Positions 9,906 to 20,731 are shown, counted from the first letter of the stretch. The stretch is DNA of 64,000 bases from Mageeibacillus sp. UBA3781 (GCA_002368805.1 DFFH01000130.1:10863-74862), one strand, 5' to 3'. Numbers and translations are program-made. The notes: a model not told the origin generated them from the letters alone.

Positions 9906-10562
9906 TCAATCCTCCCCTTTTTGACCGTCCATCCAGCTCTCGATCGAGATCTGCCGGTCATCTTTATTTCCTGCCGCTTCTTCGAGAGAATCCTGAAGAT
10001 CGCGGATCGTCTTATACATCATAAGTTCCATTGCAGGCATCTCAGATACTGACGAGATACCAAACTCAAGAAGGAACTGCTGTGTCGTACGGAACAATGC
10101 CGGTCTGCCCGGTGCTTCCAGTGTGCCGCATTCTTCGACCAGACCACGCTCGATCAGGCGGGAAACGATAGAGTCGGAGCTGACACCTCTGACCGCTTCG
10201 ATCTGTGCTCTGGTCACTGGCTGGTTATATGCGATAACGGCCAGTGTCTCATAGGTCGCTTGCGACATCGGAGGACGGGTCCTCGGAGCAAACAGGCGTT
10301 CCAGGACCGGTTTCATCGACGGCTTCGTGCACATGACATATGCGTCGTCCGCTTTACGGATAAGAAGTCCGCCCCACGGGTTGGTCTCATAGTCCTTTAT
10401 CATGCGCTCAAGCGTCTCTTCGACCGCTTCCTTCGGCATCTGTGTGATCTCGCAGAGCCGGTCCACGGAGATCGGATCACCATGCGCAAAAAGCACTGCC
10501 TCCAGTGCGGCAGGCAGTTCCTGTACGGTGATCTTGTTTTCATGCTCGTACGATTCAGTCAT
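9906..10562 (-). CDS. scpB: SMC-Scp complex subunit ScpB
   Basis: LEAVLF, ETLAVIAYNQPVTRAQIEAVRGV and PGRP motifs. Start overlaps the scpA stop (ATGACTGA). Confidence 0.95.
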   Translation of the reverse strand: MTESYEHENKITVQELPAALEAVLFAHGDPISVDRLCEITQMPKEAVEETLERMIKDYETNPWGGLLIRKADDAYVMCTKPSMKPVLERLFAPRTRPPMSQATYETLAVIAYNQPVTRAQIEAVRGVSSDSIVSRLIERGLVEECGTLEAPGRPALFRTTQQFLLEFGISSVSEMPAMELMMYKTIRDLQDSLEEAAGNKDDRQISIESWMDGQKGED

Positions 10563-11373
10563 ACGCGGCAAGCTCCTTTGACTCCTGGCTTCTGTCCAGA
10601 CCGAATCTCTCTTCGTCCAGCTCATTCTTCTTGGTCTCGATCTGAATTACATCGAAAGGCTTCTCCTGCTCGGCGACGATCTGATCACCGCGGAGGAGCT
10701 CAAGAACAGCCAGAAAACCGACGATACGGTCCATCTTCTCGACTTTATGTGCAGGGAAAAGCTCATGGAAAAAGACTTTACCTTTTCCCTTGATGTTATC
10801 CCACACAAATCTTATTTTATCACGAATGGAAAACTTATCTCTCTTTAAGATATGCGTAATACGGGATGCGATATCTGCAAAGCGGATCTTATTGCGCTTA
10901 CAGACATCCTCGATCCCCTTCTTTAATTCTTCTTCATCGACCGGTGCAGGAATGCTCTTCACTTCGATGCCAAGAGAAGCCGGTGTCTGCGGGACACGGT
11001 ACATGCAGTTCGAATAATCACGGTACCGATCCTTAAGATCCGATGCCAGCATCTTACAGCGGCGATATTCAAGGAGTTTTACCACGAGTTCTTCTCTCGG
11101 ATCAGGCTCAGCTGCACCATCGGTGACATTTCTATCCGGAAGAAGCATCCTGGACTTGATATGTACGAGAGTTGCCGCCATGAGCAGAAACTCTGAGGCG
11201 ACTTCCATATCCAGGGAATTCATCTTGTCGAGGTATTCCATATACTGATCGGTAACCTCGGCGATCGGGATATCGTAGATATCAATGTCGTTTTTTTCGA
11301 TCAAATGAAACAGAAGGTCCAGAGGACCTTCAAACTTACGAAGTCTGACTTGTGGATTCTCCATAGCTGCCAC
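10555..11373 (-). CDS. scpA: Segregation and condensation protein A
   Basis: FEGPLDLL, SEFLLMAATLVHIKSRMLLP and FLAVLEL motifs. Confidence 0.95.
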   Translation of the reverse strand: MAAMENPQVRLRKFEGPLDLLFHLIEKNDIDIYDIPIAEVTDQYMEYLDKMNSLDMEVASEFLLMAATLVHIKSRMLLPDRNVTDGAAEPDPREELVVKLLEYRRCKMLASDLKDRYRDYSNCMYRVPQTPASLGIEVKSIPAPVDEEELKKGIEDVCKRNKIRFADIASRITHILKRDKFSIRDKIRFVWDNIKGKGKVFFHELFPAHKVEKMDRIVGFLAVLELLRGDQIVAEQEKPFDVIQIETKKNELDEERFGLDRSQESKELAAYD

Positions 11374-11398
11374 GATTTCCTACCTCGTTCTGTTTCAA

Positions 11399-12403
11399 TT
11401 ATTCGATCGTATCAAAACCGATCTTAACTGCTTTTCTTACTTCACGGATCGTCTCTTCCGCCTTTTTAGAAGCCTTTTCTCTTCCTTTTTTCAGGATCTC
11501 AAGGAGCTTCGGCTCATCCTGCAGAAGAGCAGTTCTCTTCTCATAGATCGGAGTATGGAACTCGGCGATCTTTTCCTGAAGCATCTTCTTGCAGGCAACG
11601 CATCCGATGCATCCGCCCTTACACTGCTCCGTGATCTCCGGGACTTTCTCCTCATTGAATACTTTCTGGAAAGCATAGACGGTGCAGACATCCGGATGAC
11701 CCGGGTCATCTTTTCTGATACGGGCCGGATCCGTGATCATGCTCATGACCTTCTTCTTTACTTCTTCCGGAGTATCTGCAAGAGCGATAGTATTTCCGTA
11801 GCTCTTACTCATCTTACGGCCATCGGTACCCGGAAGTACTTTTGCCTTTGTGAAAAGAGGCTGAGGTTCCGGAAGAACTTCCGTCTTATACAGGAAGTTA
11901 AAACGGCGGGCGAGCTCTCGTGTGATCTCAAGATGCGCGGACTGGTCTTCACCTACCGGTACGTAATTTGCACGGTACATCAGAATATCCGCCGCCATCA
12001 GGGCCGGATAGCCAAGGAAACCATAGGTCATGATGTCCTTTTCCGAAGACATATTAGCGATCATATCCTTATATGTCGGACATCTTTCGAGCCAGGACAG
12101 AGGGGTATTCATGCCAAGCAGAAGGAAAAGCTCCGCATGCTGCTTGATATCGGACTGCAGGAAGATCGTCGCCTTATCCGGATCCACTCCGCTTGCCAGG
12201 ATATCAGCAAGAAGACCCAGCGTATTCTTACGAAGCACATCCGTCTCCGCGTAACCGGTCGTCAGCGCGTGCCAGTCAGCGATAAAGAAATAGCACTCAT
12301 ACTGATCCTGAAGACGGACCCAGTTCTCGATAGCGCCGAAATAGTTGCCCAGATGGATATTTCCCGTAGGACGTGTTCCTGAAAGTACGATTTTGTTTTC
12401 CAT
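11399..12403 (-). CDS. trpS: Tryptophanyl-tRNA synthetase
   Basis: SGTRPTG, HLGN, YPALMAADIL, VPVGEDQ and KMSKS motifs. Confidence 0.98.
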   Translation of the reverse strand: MENKIVLSGTRPTGNIHLGNYFGAIENWVRLQDQYECYFFIADWHALTTGYAETDVLRKNTLGLLADILASGVDPDKATIFLQSDIKQHAELFLLLGMNTPLSWLERCPTYKDMIANMSSEKDIMTYGFLGYPALMAADILMYRANYVPVGEDQSAHLEITRELARRFNFLYKTEVLPEPQPLFTKAKVLPGTDGRKMSKSYGNTIALADTPEEVKKKVMSMITDPARIRKDDPGHPDVCTVYAFQKVFNEEKVPEITEQCKGGCIGCVACKKMLQEKIAEFHTPIYEKRTALLQDEPKLLEILKKGREKASKKAEETIREVRKAVKIGFDTIE

Positions 12404-12413
12404 GTTTACCTCT

Positions 12414-13154
12414 TTATATGATTAATGTTTTTCCAACTAAATTCCAAAGGAGTTCTCCGCAGAGCTTATCGATCGGCCATCGGAACGGGAACGCGATCCA
12501 GTAAACGATCTTCTGGAGTATGCTGACGTCCGTGAAGCGGTCCATCATGATCAATGCGAAGAAAATATAGTAGCTATACTGAGTGATAGATTCAAAAGTC
12601 TGTTTCCACTTGTACGGGATATAGGTCGAAAGGAACCGGTATCCATCCAGAGGCGGAATAGGAATCAGATTGAACGCCATGAAAAGGAATCCGTACTCTC
12701 TTAAATAATAGATGAACTCAAGGAGTATCGTTTCAGCAAGTGCCGCGCCTTTGCTCTCGGTCGGGTTCTTCACAAAAAAAGCGAGGACGAAGACCATGAG
12801 AAAAGAAGCAATGATCGCAGTTACATAATTCGCGAAAACACCTGCCAGGCTGATAAGCCGTTCACATGTGGATCTTTTAAATCTCTTCAGGTTGTTAGGA
12901 TTATATTGGACAGGCTTCGCCCAGCCGAACCCGGCCAAAAGCAGCATAATGGTTCCAAGAGGATCAAAATGCGCCAGCGGGTTCAGTGTGATGCGGCCCT
13001 GTCTTCTCGGCGTGTCATCTCCCATCTTTTCCGCGACCCATGCATGCATGAACTCGTGGATGGAGAAGGTAAACGAAAGCACCATGATCATCAATGTCAG
13101 CTCGATGATCTTTTCTGACATGGGTGCGTCCGATTGTAGAATTCTAAATAACAT
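12414..13154 (-). CDS. Site-2 protease (M50) family protein
   Basis: HEFMH, GWAKPV and NLIPIPPLDG motifs, with multiple TM helices. Confidence 0.92.
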   Translation of the reverse strand: MLFRILQSDAPMSEKIIELTLMIMVLSFTFSIHEFMHAWVAEKMGDDTPRRQGRITLNPLAHFDPLGTIMLLLAGFGWAKPVQYNPNNLKRFKRSTCERLISLAGVFANYVTAIIASFLMVFVLAFFVKNPTESKGAALAETILLEFIYYLREYGFLFMAFNLIPIPPLDGYRFLSTYIPYKWKQTFESITQYSYYIFFALIMMDRFTDVSILQKIVYWIAFPFRWPIDKLCGELLWNLVGKTLII

Positions 13155-13176
13155 ACCTTTTTCCTAACTAACAGTA

Positions 13177-16100
13177 TTAGACCTTAGTAAGAGAGAGTGT
13201 GACCTTCTCTCCGTTGATATCCCATTCCTTGGAAGAATCATCGGAACCCTCCGAGATCTCCGTAGCCAGGACATCTTTGGCGATCTGATCGCCATACTTG
13301 GCAAATACATTCTTCAGTTTTTCATCACAGGAATACTTCACTGTGATACGATCTGTAACCTCAAATCCGGAGCTCTTTCTCTGATTCTGGATCTTGGAAA
13401 CGATCTCACGTACAAAGCCTTCCTCGATCAGGCCATCATCAAGCTTAGTATCCAGAGATACGGTAAAGCCCTTATCCGCCTGAGTGGAAAGGCCTTCCGG
13501 CTGAACATTCTCCACCAGGAGATCTTCGGTCAGAAGTTCGAAGGACTCGCCTTCGACATCGATCGTGATCTTTCCGTCCGCCTCAAGAGCCGCCATGGTC
13601 TCCTTACCCGGGAGAGCCGCGATGACTTCCTTAGCGGCATTCAGCTTCGCACCGAGCTTTCTGCCGAGTGTTCTCAGCTGCGGCTTGAACTTATAATCCA
13701 GAAGAGTCGAAGCATCCTTAAGGAATACAACTTCGTGCACATTCAGTTCTTCTTTGATGATCGACTGATACTCTTCAGCAAGCTCATCTTCGCATACAGC
13801 ATAGAGCTTGCTGAGCGGCTGACGGATCTTGAGATTCGCCTGCTGACGGCAGGAAAGAGCAAGAGTTACGATCTGCTGGACATCGTCCATGTTACGCTCA
13901 AGATCCTCATTGATCCATGTCTCATTGGCTACCGGATAATCACACATATGGATCGAAAGCGGAGCATTCGCATCGACAGAACGTACGAGGTTCTGGTAGA
14001 TCGACTCTGTCATGAACGGGATAAACGGAGCGGCCAGACGTGTGAACTGCTCAAGTGCAGTATAAAGAGTCATAAACGCATTGATCTTATCCTGTGTCAT
14101 GTCTCCGCCCCAGTATCTCTCACGGCCACGGCGTACATACCAGTTGGAAAGGTCATCGACAAATGTCTCCATCAGACGGGATGCACCGGTGATATCGTAG
14201 CCCTGCATCTTGCTGTCAACGATCTTCTCAAGAGATGCCAGTCTCGACAGGATCCACTTATCCATAACAGAGAGCTTATCGTACTCGAGAGAATACTTGG
14301 TCGGATCGAACTGGTCGATCTCGGCATAAAGGATATAGAACGAATAAGTATTCCAGAGTGTACCCATGAACTTTCCGAGGATCTTATCCACGTTGCTATG
14401 GTCGAAACGGGACGGCAGCCACGGTGCATTGGCACTGTAGAAATACCATCTTGCAGCATCGGCACCCTGACGGTTCAGGATATCCCACGGGTCAACAACG
14501 TTGCCCTTATGCTTACTCATCTTGATGCCGTCCTTATCCTGGACAAGACCCATAACGATTACGTTCTCAAACGGAGATCTGCCGAACAGCTGTGTGCTGA
14601 TCGCCAGGAGCGAATAGAACCAGCCACGTGTCTGGTCAAGTGCCTCGGAGATAAACTGGCACGGAAAGTGGGCTTCGAAGAATTCCTTATTCTCGAAAGG
14701 ATAGTGGAACTGTGCAAACGGCATCGCACCACTGTCGAACCAGCAGTCGATTACCTCGGATACACGTGTCATCGGCTTGCCGCACTTCTCGCAGGTTACA
14801 TGTACCTGATCGACATACGGCTTATGCAGCTCGATCTCGTCCGGGCAATCAGTAGATTTTGCCTTCAGTTCTTCGATAGAACCGATACACTCACGATGTC
14901 CGCATTCACACTCCCATACAGGAAGCGGTGTGCCCCAGTAACGCTCACGGGAGATACCCCAGTCAACTACGTTCTCAAGAAAGTTACCCATACGGCCGTC
15001 ACGGATCGTCTCCGGATACCAGTTCGCCATACGGTTGCTCTTTACGAGGGCATCCTTGACCTTGGTCATTGCGATAAACCAGGAAGATCTTGCGTAGTAG
15101 ATCAAAGGAGTGTCACATCTCCAGCAGAACGGATAATCATGCTCGTAAGGCATCTTCTTAAGAAGCTTGCCTTCCATGTTCAGCTTTTTGATGATGAGCG
15201 GGTCCGCATCCTTTACGAAAAGGCCTGAGAACTCTTCGCATGCCTCCGGAAGAGTACCGTCTTCTTTAACAAGCTGTACGAACGGCAGGTCATTATCACG
15301 GCCTACTCTTGCATCGTCTTCACCGAATGCCGGAGCGATATGTACGATACCTGTACCGTCACTCATGGTTACATAACTGTCAGCGCAAACCTTAAAGGCT
15401 TCCTTTTTGCTCTTTTTAACTTCTTCTTCGGAATACGGGAAGAGAGATTCATATTTCTTTCCGACAAGCTCGGTTCCCTGATATCTCTCGAGGATCTCAT
15501 ATTCATCGAAGAGCTGCGGAACGAGGCATCCGGCCATGTAGTACATGACCTTCTTCTCTGTTCCATCCAGATCCTTGGAAACAGCGATCTTTACATACTC
15601 ATCCGTCGGGCTTACGCAGAGAGCGACGTTCGACGGAAGTGTCCACGGTGTGGTGGTCCATGCTGCAAAATAGGTATCCTCTTCACCGACGACCTTAAAG
15701 CGTACGAATACGGAGTTTTCTTTAACCGCCTTATATCCCTGAGCTACCTCATGGCTGGAGAGTGCAGTTCCGCATCGCGGACAATAAGGAACGATCTTAT
15801 GGCCCTTATAGAGCATTCCCTTGTCCCACAGGGTCTTCAGTGCCCACCACTCAGACTCGATATATGTGTTATCGTATGTGACATACGGGTGCTCCATGTC
15901 TGCCCAGAAACCTACACGGTCAGACATCTGCTCCCACTCTTCCTTATACTTCCATACGGATTCCTTACACTTTTTGATGAAAGGCTCCACACCGTACTCT
16001 TCGATCTGCGGTTTGCCGTTGATGCCGAGCATCTTCTCGACTTCCAGCTCGACCGGAAGGCCGTGAGTATCCCAGCCCGCCTTAAACTGTACGTGCTCAC

Positions 16101-16329
16101 CTTTCATGGAATGATATCTCGGAACAACGTCCTTAATGACACGGGTCTTAATATGTCCGATGTGCGGCTTGCCGTTTGCTGTCGGCGGGCCGTCATACAG
16201 CGTAAAATTAGGAGTTCCGTCCTTTTCCGGGCGGATAGACTTCTTCTGGATGTCATTTGCTTTCCAGAAAGCCAGTACTTCCTTCTCGCGATCGATAAAC
16301 TTCATATCCGGCGATACTTTTTTATACAT
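13177..16329 (-). CDS. ileS: Isoleucyl-tRNA synthetase (type 2)
   Basis: DGPPTANG, HIGH, WTTTPWT editing motif and KMSKH. The long C-terminal tail is IleRS2-type. ATG at 16329 with an AGAGG RBS. Confidence 0.97.
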   Translation of the reverse strand: MYKKVSPDMKFIDREKEVLAFWKANDIQKKSIRPEKDGTPNFTLYDGPPTANGKPHIGHIKTRVIKDVVPRYHSMKGEHVQFKAGWDTHGLPVELEVEKMLGINGKPQIEEYGVEPFIKKCKESVWKYKEEWEQMSDRVGFWADMEHPYVTYDNTYIESEWWALKTLWDKGMLYKGHKIVPYCPRCGTALSSHEVAQGYKAVKENSVFVRFKVVGEEDTYFAAWTTTPWTLPSNVALCVSPTDEYVKIAVSKDLDGTEKKVMYYMAGCLVPQLFDEYEILERYQGTELVGKKYESLFPYSEEEVKKSKKEAFKVCADSYVTMSDGTGIVHIAPAFGEDDARVGRDNDLPFVQLVKEDGTLPEACEEFSGLFVKDADPLIIKKLNMEGKLLKKMPYEHDYPFCWRCDTPLIYYARSSWFIAMTKVKDALVKSNRMANWYPETIRDGRMGNFLENVVDWGISRERYWGTPLPVWECECGHRECIGSIEELKAKSTDCPDEIELHKPYVDQVHVTCEKCGKPMTRVSEVIDCWFDSGAMPFAQFHYPFENKEFFEAHFPCQFISEALDQTRGWFYSLLAISTQLFGRSPFENVIVMGLVQDKDGIKMSKHKGNVVDPWDILNRQGADAARWYFYSANAPWLPSRFDHSNVDKILGKFMGTLWNTYSFYILYAEIDQFDPTKYSLEYDKLSVMDKWILSRLASLEKIVDSKMQGYDITGASRLMETFVDDLSNWYVRRGRERYWGGDMTQDKINAFMTLYTALEQFTRLAAPFIPFMTESIYQNLVRSVDANAPLSIHMCDYPVANETWINEDLERNMDDVQQIVTLALSCRQQANLKIRQPLSKLYAVCEDELAEEYQSIIKEELNVHEVVFLKDASTLLDYKFKPQLRTLGRKLGAKLNAAKEVIAALPGKETMAALEADGKITIDVEGESFELLTEDLLVENVQPEGLSTQADKGFTVSLDTKLDDGLIEEGFVREIVSKIQNQRKSSGFEVTDRITVKYSCDEKLKNVFAKYGDQIAKDVLATEISEGSDDSSKEWDINGEKVTLSLTKV

Positions 16330-16362
16330 AGTAAAACCTCTTCTTTTCCAAAAGCTCCCGTC

Positions 16363-16371
16363 ATTATAACA
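16363..16371 (-). promoter_or_regulatory. Extended -10 promoter of ileS operon
   Basis: TG-T-TATAAT about 35 nt upstream of the ATG. Confidence 0.55.
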
Positions 16372-16430
16372 TACCAAGCCATTTGTGAGTATATTTTTTA
16401 TATTATAAGGAGAAATTCGTCAAAAATGAC

Positions 16431-16471
16431 AAAGAAACGTTCCCGCCGCCTGCCCGGTGACGGGAACGTTT
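16431..16471 (-). terminator. Terminator after GH120 gene
   Basis: AAACGTTCCCG...CGGGAACGTTT inverted repeat. Confidence 0.75.
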
Positions 16472-16497
16472 GAAGATTTTAAGCCAGAATGATCCGG

Positions 16498-18492
16498 TTA
16501 CAGAGTGTATTCTTCTTTTGCCTCGGCAAAAGGACCCGCAATCGTCATTACCCCGCGGTCTGCTCCGAAATAGTCGTAGTTAAATACGATATCGGAACCG
16601 TCGGTATTCTCGAATCTCTGATCCGGCTGGAATGCTTTTCCGAGGATATCGGTGTTGATGATACCCACCGGGAAATCCTTGACCTTACTGAAGATATTAG
16701 TGAGAAGAACATATTTGCCGTTCTTTTCGACCACTTCACAAGTCGCCTTGAATCTCTTGACAACAAGGTTCTTCTGCTCTTTCTTCCAGGGCTTGGCGCC
16801 ATTGAAATAGACATTGCTGTCGATCCATACCGGCAGATGCTGGAAGTGCTTCTCCATGATCTTGTGCTCATAAGCCATCGGCTCATTCAGATGGAAGGAA
16901 TCGATCCACTCCTGATATGTCGGATACTCATCAAAAATAAAAGTACCTGCTTCCTGCTTGTCAAAGAATCTCGGATCCTCATCCGCAGGGCATTCCTCGA
17001 TCGGCCACTTCTGAATGAAAATGTTGTTGTAGATACGGTCATCTCCGTGAAGGATACTCATAAAGCCCATGACTTCCGTTCTATGATGGAAGTGATATGG
17101 CGTATATCTCGGCTGATTCTTACCGGATACGAATTCATCCGTTCCTTCACCGATCGCCTGGAAAGTACCGCAGATCAGGTTATTAACGACCGCCGCACCT
17201 TCGGTTGCGAGACGGAGGGATGCTTTACTCAGCATGACATTATTATCGATGAGCGTCGGACCATGACTAACTTCGACAAAGATATCCTGGCTCATGATCG
17301 TGCCGCGGATTCGCTTTGCAAATGCAGGGGTATGATTGTCATGCAGGAGATTCTGTGAAAGGATCGTTCCCTGTGCCTGCCAGTCACACCAGATGCCCAT
17401 CGTGCAGTGATGGATATGATTTCTTCTCATCACGACATCGATCGCCGCGTGGAGCTTTATGCCGGCGATCTCCGCACCGCCTACTTCCATCATGTTATTG
17501 ATGTTATGGATATGATTATCCTCGATGATCGAGAAAACGCAGCCCATACGTCCGACGATACCGGTCTGCTCGCAGTGATGGATATGGCAGCGGCGGACGA
17601 TATGTGCACCGATATTTTCCTTTAACCAGCCATGATACTGACCGCGGCATACTGCATCGCGTTCCATCTGCGTCGGACTCTTCACTCTGTACTTGGTGAA
17701 GTAATGATCATTTTCAGGATCGAGATACTTTCCGAGAGAGATACCGCAGCAGCGGCTGTGGGATACTTCACAGTCCTCGATGATCCATCCGCGGCTCCAG
17801 TGCGGTCCGATCATGCCGTCCTGGAAAGCTGCCGGCGGCGCCCATGTTGTGGCTGCCTTATTTACCGTAAAACCGGAAAGCGTGATATAACCGACCCCTG
17901 TCTTACTCGGGAAGAAGCAGTTTCTTCTGACATTGATCTCTACCTTCTGCTTATTCGGGTCTTTGCCCTGGAAATTGGCATAGAGCACTGTCTTTCCGTC
18001 TTTCTGCTCACAATACCACTTGAAGATCGAGTTTTCCGGCTCCCAGGAAGCGGGATCCTTCTCACCTTTCAGGCAGTCTTCGAGTGTATCTGTCTCATAA
18101 AGAGCAACATCATTGAGATAGACACAGCCTGTATGCGGATGACGGTGCCAGAAGTACCAGTCTCCGCCGATCCTTGTATCGTAGGGATTATATGAACCGA
18201 AGATACCGTTATCGATCTCGACTTTCCATGTCTTCCCCTTATATTTCTCCCAACCCTTCACGATCTCGGCGCCGGTAATAACAGCCTTAAGCGGTTCTAC
18301 CGAACGATAAGTGATACGGGCATCCTCGGTTCCGGCATTGGCCGGATCGACATATTCTCTGTACACACCGGGCATAACGAGGACTTCGTCACCCGGCTTT
18401 GCGATCTTGGCCGCCGCGGTGATCGTCAGAAAAGGATGTTCTTTCGTTCCGCAGCCCTGGGATTTCGTGTTCTGATCAACATAATAGATCAT
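16498..18492 (-). CDS. GH120-type beta-xylosidase (right-handed beta-helix)
   Basis: WAPPAAFQDGMIGPHWSRGWIIEDC, GIKLHAAID, GIWCDWQAQG, FVEVSHGP and RYTPYH motifs, characteristic of GH120. Confidence 0.85.
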   Translation of the reverse strand: MIYYVDQNTKSQGCGTKEHPFLTITAAAKIAKPGDEVLVMPGVYREYVDPANAGTEDARITYRSVEPLKAVITGAEIVKGWEKYKGKTWKVEIDNGIFGSYNPYDTRIGGDWYFWHRHPHTGCVYLNDVALYETDTLEDCLKGEKDPASWEPENSIFKWYCEQKDGKTVLYANFQGKDPNKQKVEINVRRNCFFPSKTGVGYITLSGFTVNKAATTWAPPAAFQDGMIGPHWSRGWIIEDCEVSHSRCCGISLGKYLDPENDHYFTKYRVKSPTQMERDAVCRGQYHGWLKENIGAHIVRRCHIHHCEQTGIVGRMGCVFSIIEDNHIHNINNMMEVGGAEIAGIKLHAAIDVVMRRNHIHHCTMGIWCDWQAQGTILSQNLLHDNHTPAFAKRIRGTIMSQDIFVEVSHGPTLIDNNVMLSKASLRLATEGAAVVNNLICGTFQAIGEGTDEFVSGKNQPRYTPYHFHHRTEVMGFMSILHGDDRIYNNIFIQKWPIEECPADEDPRFFDKQEAGTFIFDEYPTYQEWIDSFHLNEPMAYEHKIMEKHFQHLPVWIDSNVYFNGAKPWKKEQKNLVVKRFKATCEVVEKNGKYVLLTNIFSKVKDFPVGIINTDILGKAFQPDQRFENTDGSDIVFNYDYFGADRGVMTIAGPFAEAKEEYTL

Positions 18493-19112
18493 AGTTTTTC
18501 CTCCAAAATGTAAGCTGATTCGATATCTGATGTAAAAATAGCGACCACTGATGGATAAATCTTTGCTGTCTCGGAAAACGGATCCGGATACGTATTCTTA
18601 TCCGGGCCCATGTGAAGCCTGATCATCGCATATTCCTCAGCCTTGAGGCGGATAAAGTTCTGGATATACCAGCATGATTTCTCTCCATGGCCGACCGGGA
18701 AAGAATCTTTAATGCCCCACACTTCTTTTTCTACCCAGTTCGGGACTTCCTTGCCGTACTGGTTGATCTTGGTACCCTCCTTTACGTTTTTAGTTTCTTT
18801 TACATAAAAATTCACTTTACACAGGTCGTGCAGGAGCGATGTGATGATCACCGTATCCGGCTCGATCTTAATTAATCCCTGCGCCACTTTCTCGGAAAGG
18901 CGCTGATATACGTGGAGGCTGTGAAGTGCCAGTCCTCCTTCACAGTTCAGGTGATATTTCGTGGAGGCCGGCGCCGTGAAGAAGTCCGTCTTCGTAACGA
19001 TCCACTCGACGAGACGCTCCATACCCGGTCTTTTCGTTGATAAAAGAAGGTCAGTGATCTTCTTTTGATTCTCATCTCTTTGTTCTTTTGTAATTACAAA
19101 CTCTTCTGCCAT
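18489..19112 (-). CDS. HD-domain hydrolase
   Basis: FFTAPASTKYH, GGLALHS, LLHDLCK, GHGEKS and IRLHMG motifs. GAGG RBS before the ATG at 19112. Confidence 0.85.
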   Translation of the reverse strand: MAEEFVITKEQRDENQKKITDLLLSTKRPGMERLVEWIVTKTDFFTAPASTKYHLNCEGGLALHSLHVYQRLSEKVAQGLIKIEPDTVIITSLLHDLCKVNFYVKETKNVKEGTKINQYGKEVPNWVEKEVWGIKDSFPVGHGEKSCWYIQNFIRLKAEEYAMIRLHMGPDKNTYPDPFSETAKIYPSVVAIFTSDIESAYILEEKL

Positions 19113-19116
19113 TACC

Positions 19117-19821
19117 TCACTCCTTTGCAAACTGTTTCCATGGTTCTTCTTTTGAGAGCGGGATCTCAAACACCATCCGCTCATGCGATACAGGGTGGTC
19201 CACCTCAAGATGATAAGATTCCAGAAGGATATCTCCTGAGAATCTGTTCGGACCTTTTCCGTATTTACGGTCTCCGACGATCGGATGTCCGATCGATGAG
19301 AGCTGGGCACGGATCTGATGGGACCGTCCGGTGTGAAGATCTATCGAAAGGAGTGATACCGGGACCCCTGCGATCCTCCCCTCTCCGATGACTTCATAGT
19401 CAAGAGAACACTCCTTGGCATCTTTAGGTGCCTCCGATCTGGTCGGAAAGACATCCACCAGATTGGTCCTGCTGTTTTTCAGAAGATAAGATCTGATCTC
19501 ACCCTGTTTCTTTTCAAAAGCACCGTACACGATCGCGCGGTACTTCTTTTTTACTGTCCGGTTCCGGATCTGTTCGCTGATCCTTCCGGCACATTTACTT
19601 GTCTTGGCAAAGACCATCACGCCGCATACCGGCCGGTCCAGCCTGTGAAGAAGCCCCAGATAGGCTTCTCCCGGTTTTTTATACTTTTCCACCAGATATG
19701 CTTTCAGAAGCGTAAGCATATCCGGATCCCCCGTCGTGTCGCTCTGCGAGAGTATTCCAGCCGGTTTGACCGCCACCAGCAGGTGGTTGTCTTCAAAGAG
19801 GATCTCGGGATACTTCTCCAT
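19117..19821 (-). CDS. RluA family pseudouridine synthase
   Basis: KPAG, HRLDR catalytic Asp and TGRSHQIR motifs. Confidence 0.93.
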   Translation of the reverse strand: MEKYPEILFEDNHLLVAVKPAGILSQSDTTGDPDMLTLLKAYLVEKYKKPGEAYLGLLHRLDRPVCGVMVFAKTSKCAGRISEQIRNRTVKKKYRAIVYGAFEKKQGEIRSYLLKNSRTNLVDVFPTRSEAPKDAKECSLDYEVIGEGRIAGVPVSLLSIDLHTGRSHQIRAQLSSIGHPIVGDRKYGKGPNRFSGDILLESYHLEVDHPVSHERMVFEIPLSKEEPWKQFAKE

Positions 19822-19822
19822 C

Positions 19823-20731
19823 TCAGAACTCCTCTTTCGTCCATCTTCCGGTACTGCCGCACGGAAGGACCGCATCCATCTTCGTACAGGGAAGTCCCAG
19901 TTCTTCGGAAACAACTTTACCGCCATGCTTTGACTTGACCGCCAGACGCAGGATATCTTCGATCACCATCGAAGACAATCCGGTCGTATAGGAATTGATC
20001 AGGAAAAACAGCGGATCATCCGATATGAGCTGCTCACACTTTTCAACCAAAGGGAAAAGAGCGTCTTCAAGCTTCCACATCTCTCCGGAAGGTCCTCTTC
20101 CGTAAGCCGGCGGATCCATGATGATACCATCGTATTTTCTGCCTCTGCGGATCTCTCTTTCGACAAATCTGCCGCAATCTTCCACGATGAATCGGATATA
20201 ACAGTCATCCAGTCCGCTGGCCACCATGTTTTCCTTGGCACGCTGCACCATACCTTTGCTGGCATCGACATGTACGACTTCCGCCGCCCCTGCTGCCGCA
20301 AAAGCCATCGTAGCGCCGCCCGTATATGCGAAAAGATTAAGGATGCGCGGTTTTCTTCCCTGTTCCACGGCCTTCTTGATAAGCTTTCCGCAGAAATCCC
20401 AGTTGGCCGCCTGTTCAGGAAAAAGACCGGTATGCTTGAAGCTGGTGGGCTCGATGATAAATGTCAGCGGACGGCCGACAGCGTCGTAGCGGATCTTCCA
20501 TTTCTGGGGCATCGGCTTTTCCTTGCTCCAGTGCCCTCCTCCGCTCTCACTTCTGTGATAGATCGCATGCGGCTTCGGCCAGTGCTTCTCCTGCATGCCG
20601 GAATATCCGGTCTTCGGCCAGATCGCCTGCGGATCCGGACGTTGAAGGTAAATATCTCCCCAGCGTTCGTATTTTTCACCCTCACCACAGTAGAGTAATT
20701 CAAAATCCTGCCATCTATCCGCTAAAAACAT
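19823..20731 (-). CDS. Class I SAM-dependent methyltransferase (RlmI/RlmK-like)
   Basis: HTGLFPEQ, LNLFAYTG and MDPP motifs. Confidence 0.88.
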   Translation of the reverse strand: MFLADRWQDFELLYCGEGEKYERWGDIYLQRPDPQAIWPKTGYSGMQEKHWPKPHAIYHRSESGGGHWSKEKPMPQKWKIRYDAVGRPLTFIIEPTSFKHTGLFPEQAANWDFCGKLIKKAVEQGRKPRILNLFAYTGGATMAFAAAGAAEVVHVDASKGMVQRAKENMVASGLDDCYIRFIVEDCGRFVEREIRRGRKYDGIIMDPPAYGRGPSGEMWKLEDALFPLVEKCEQLISDDPLFFLINSYTTGLSSMVIEDILRLAVKSKHGGKVVSEELGLPCTKMDAVLPCGSTGRWTKEEF

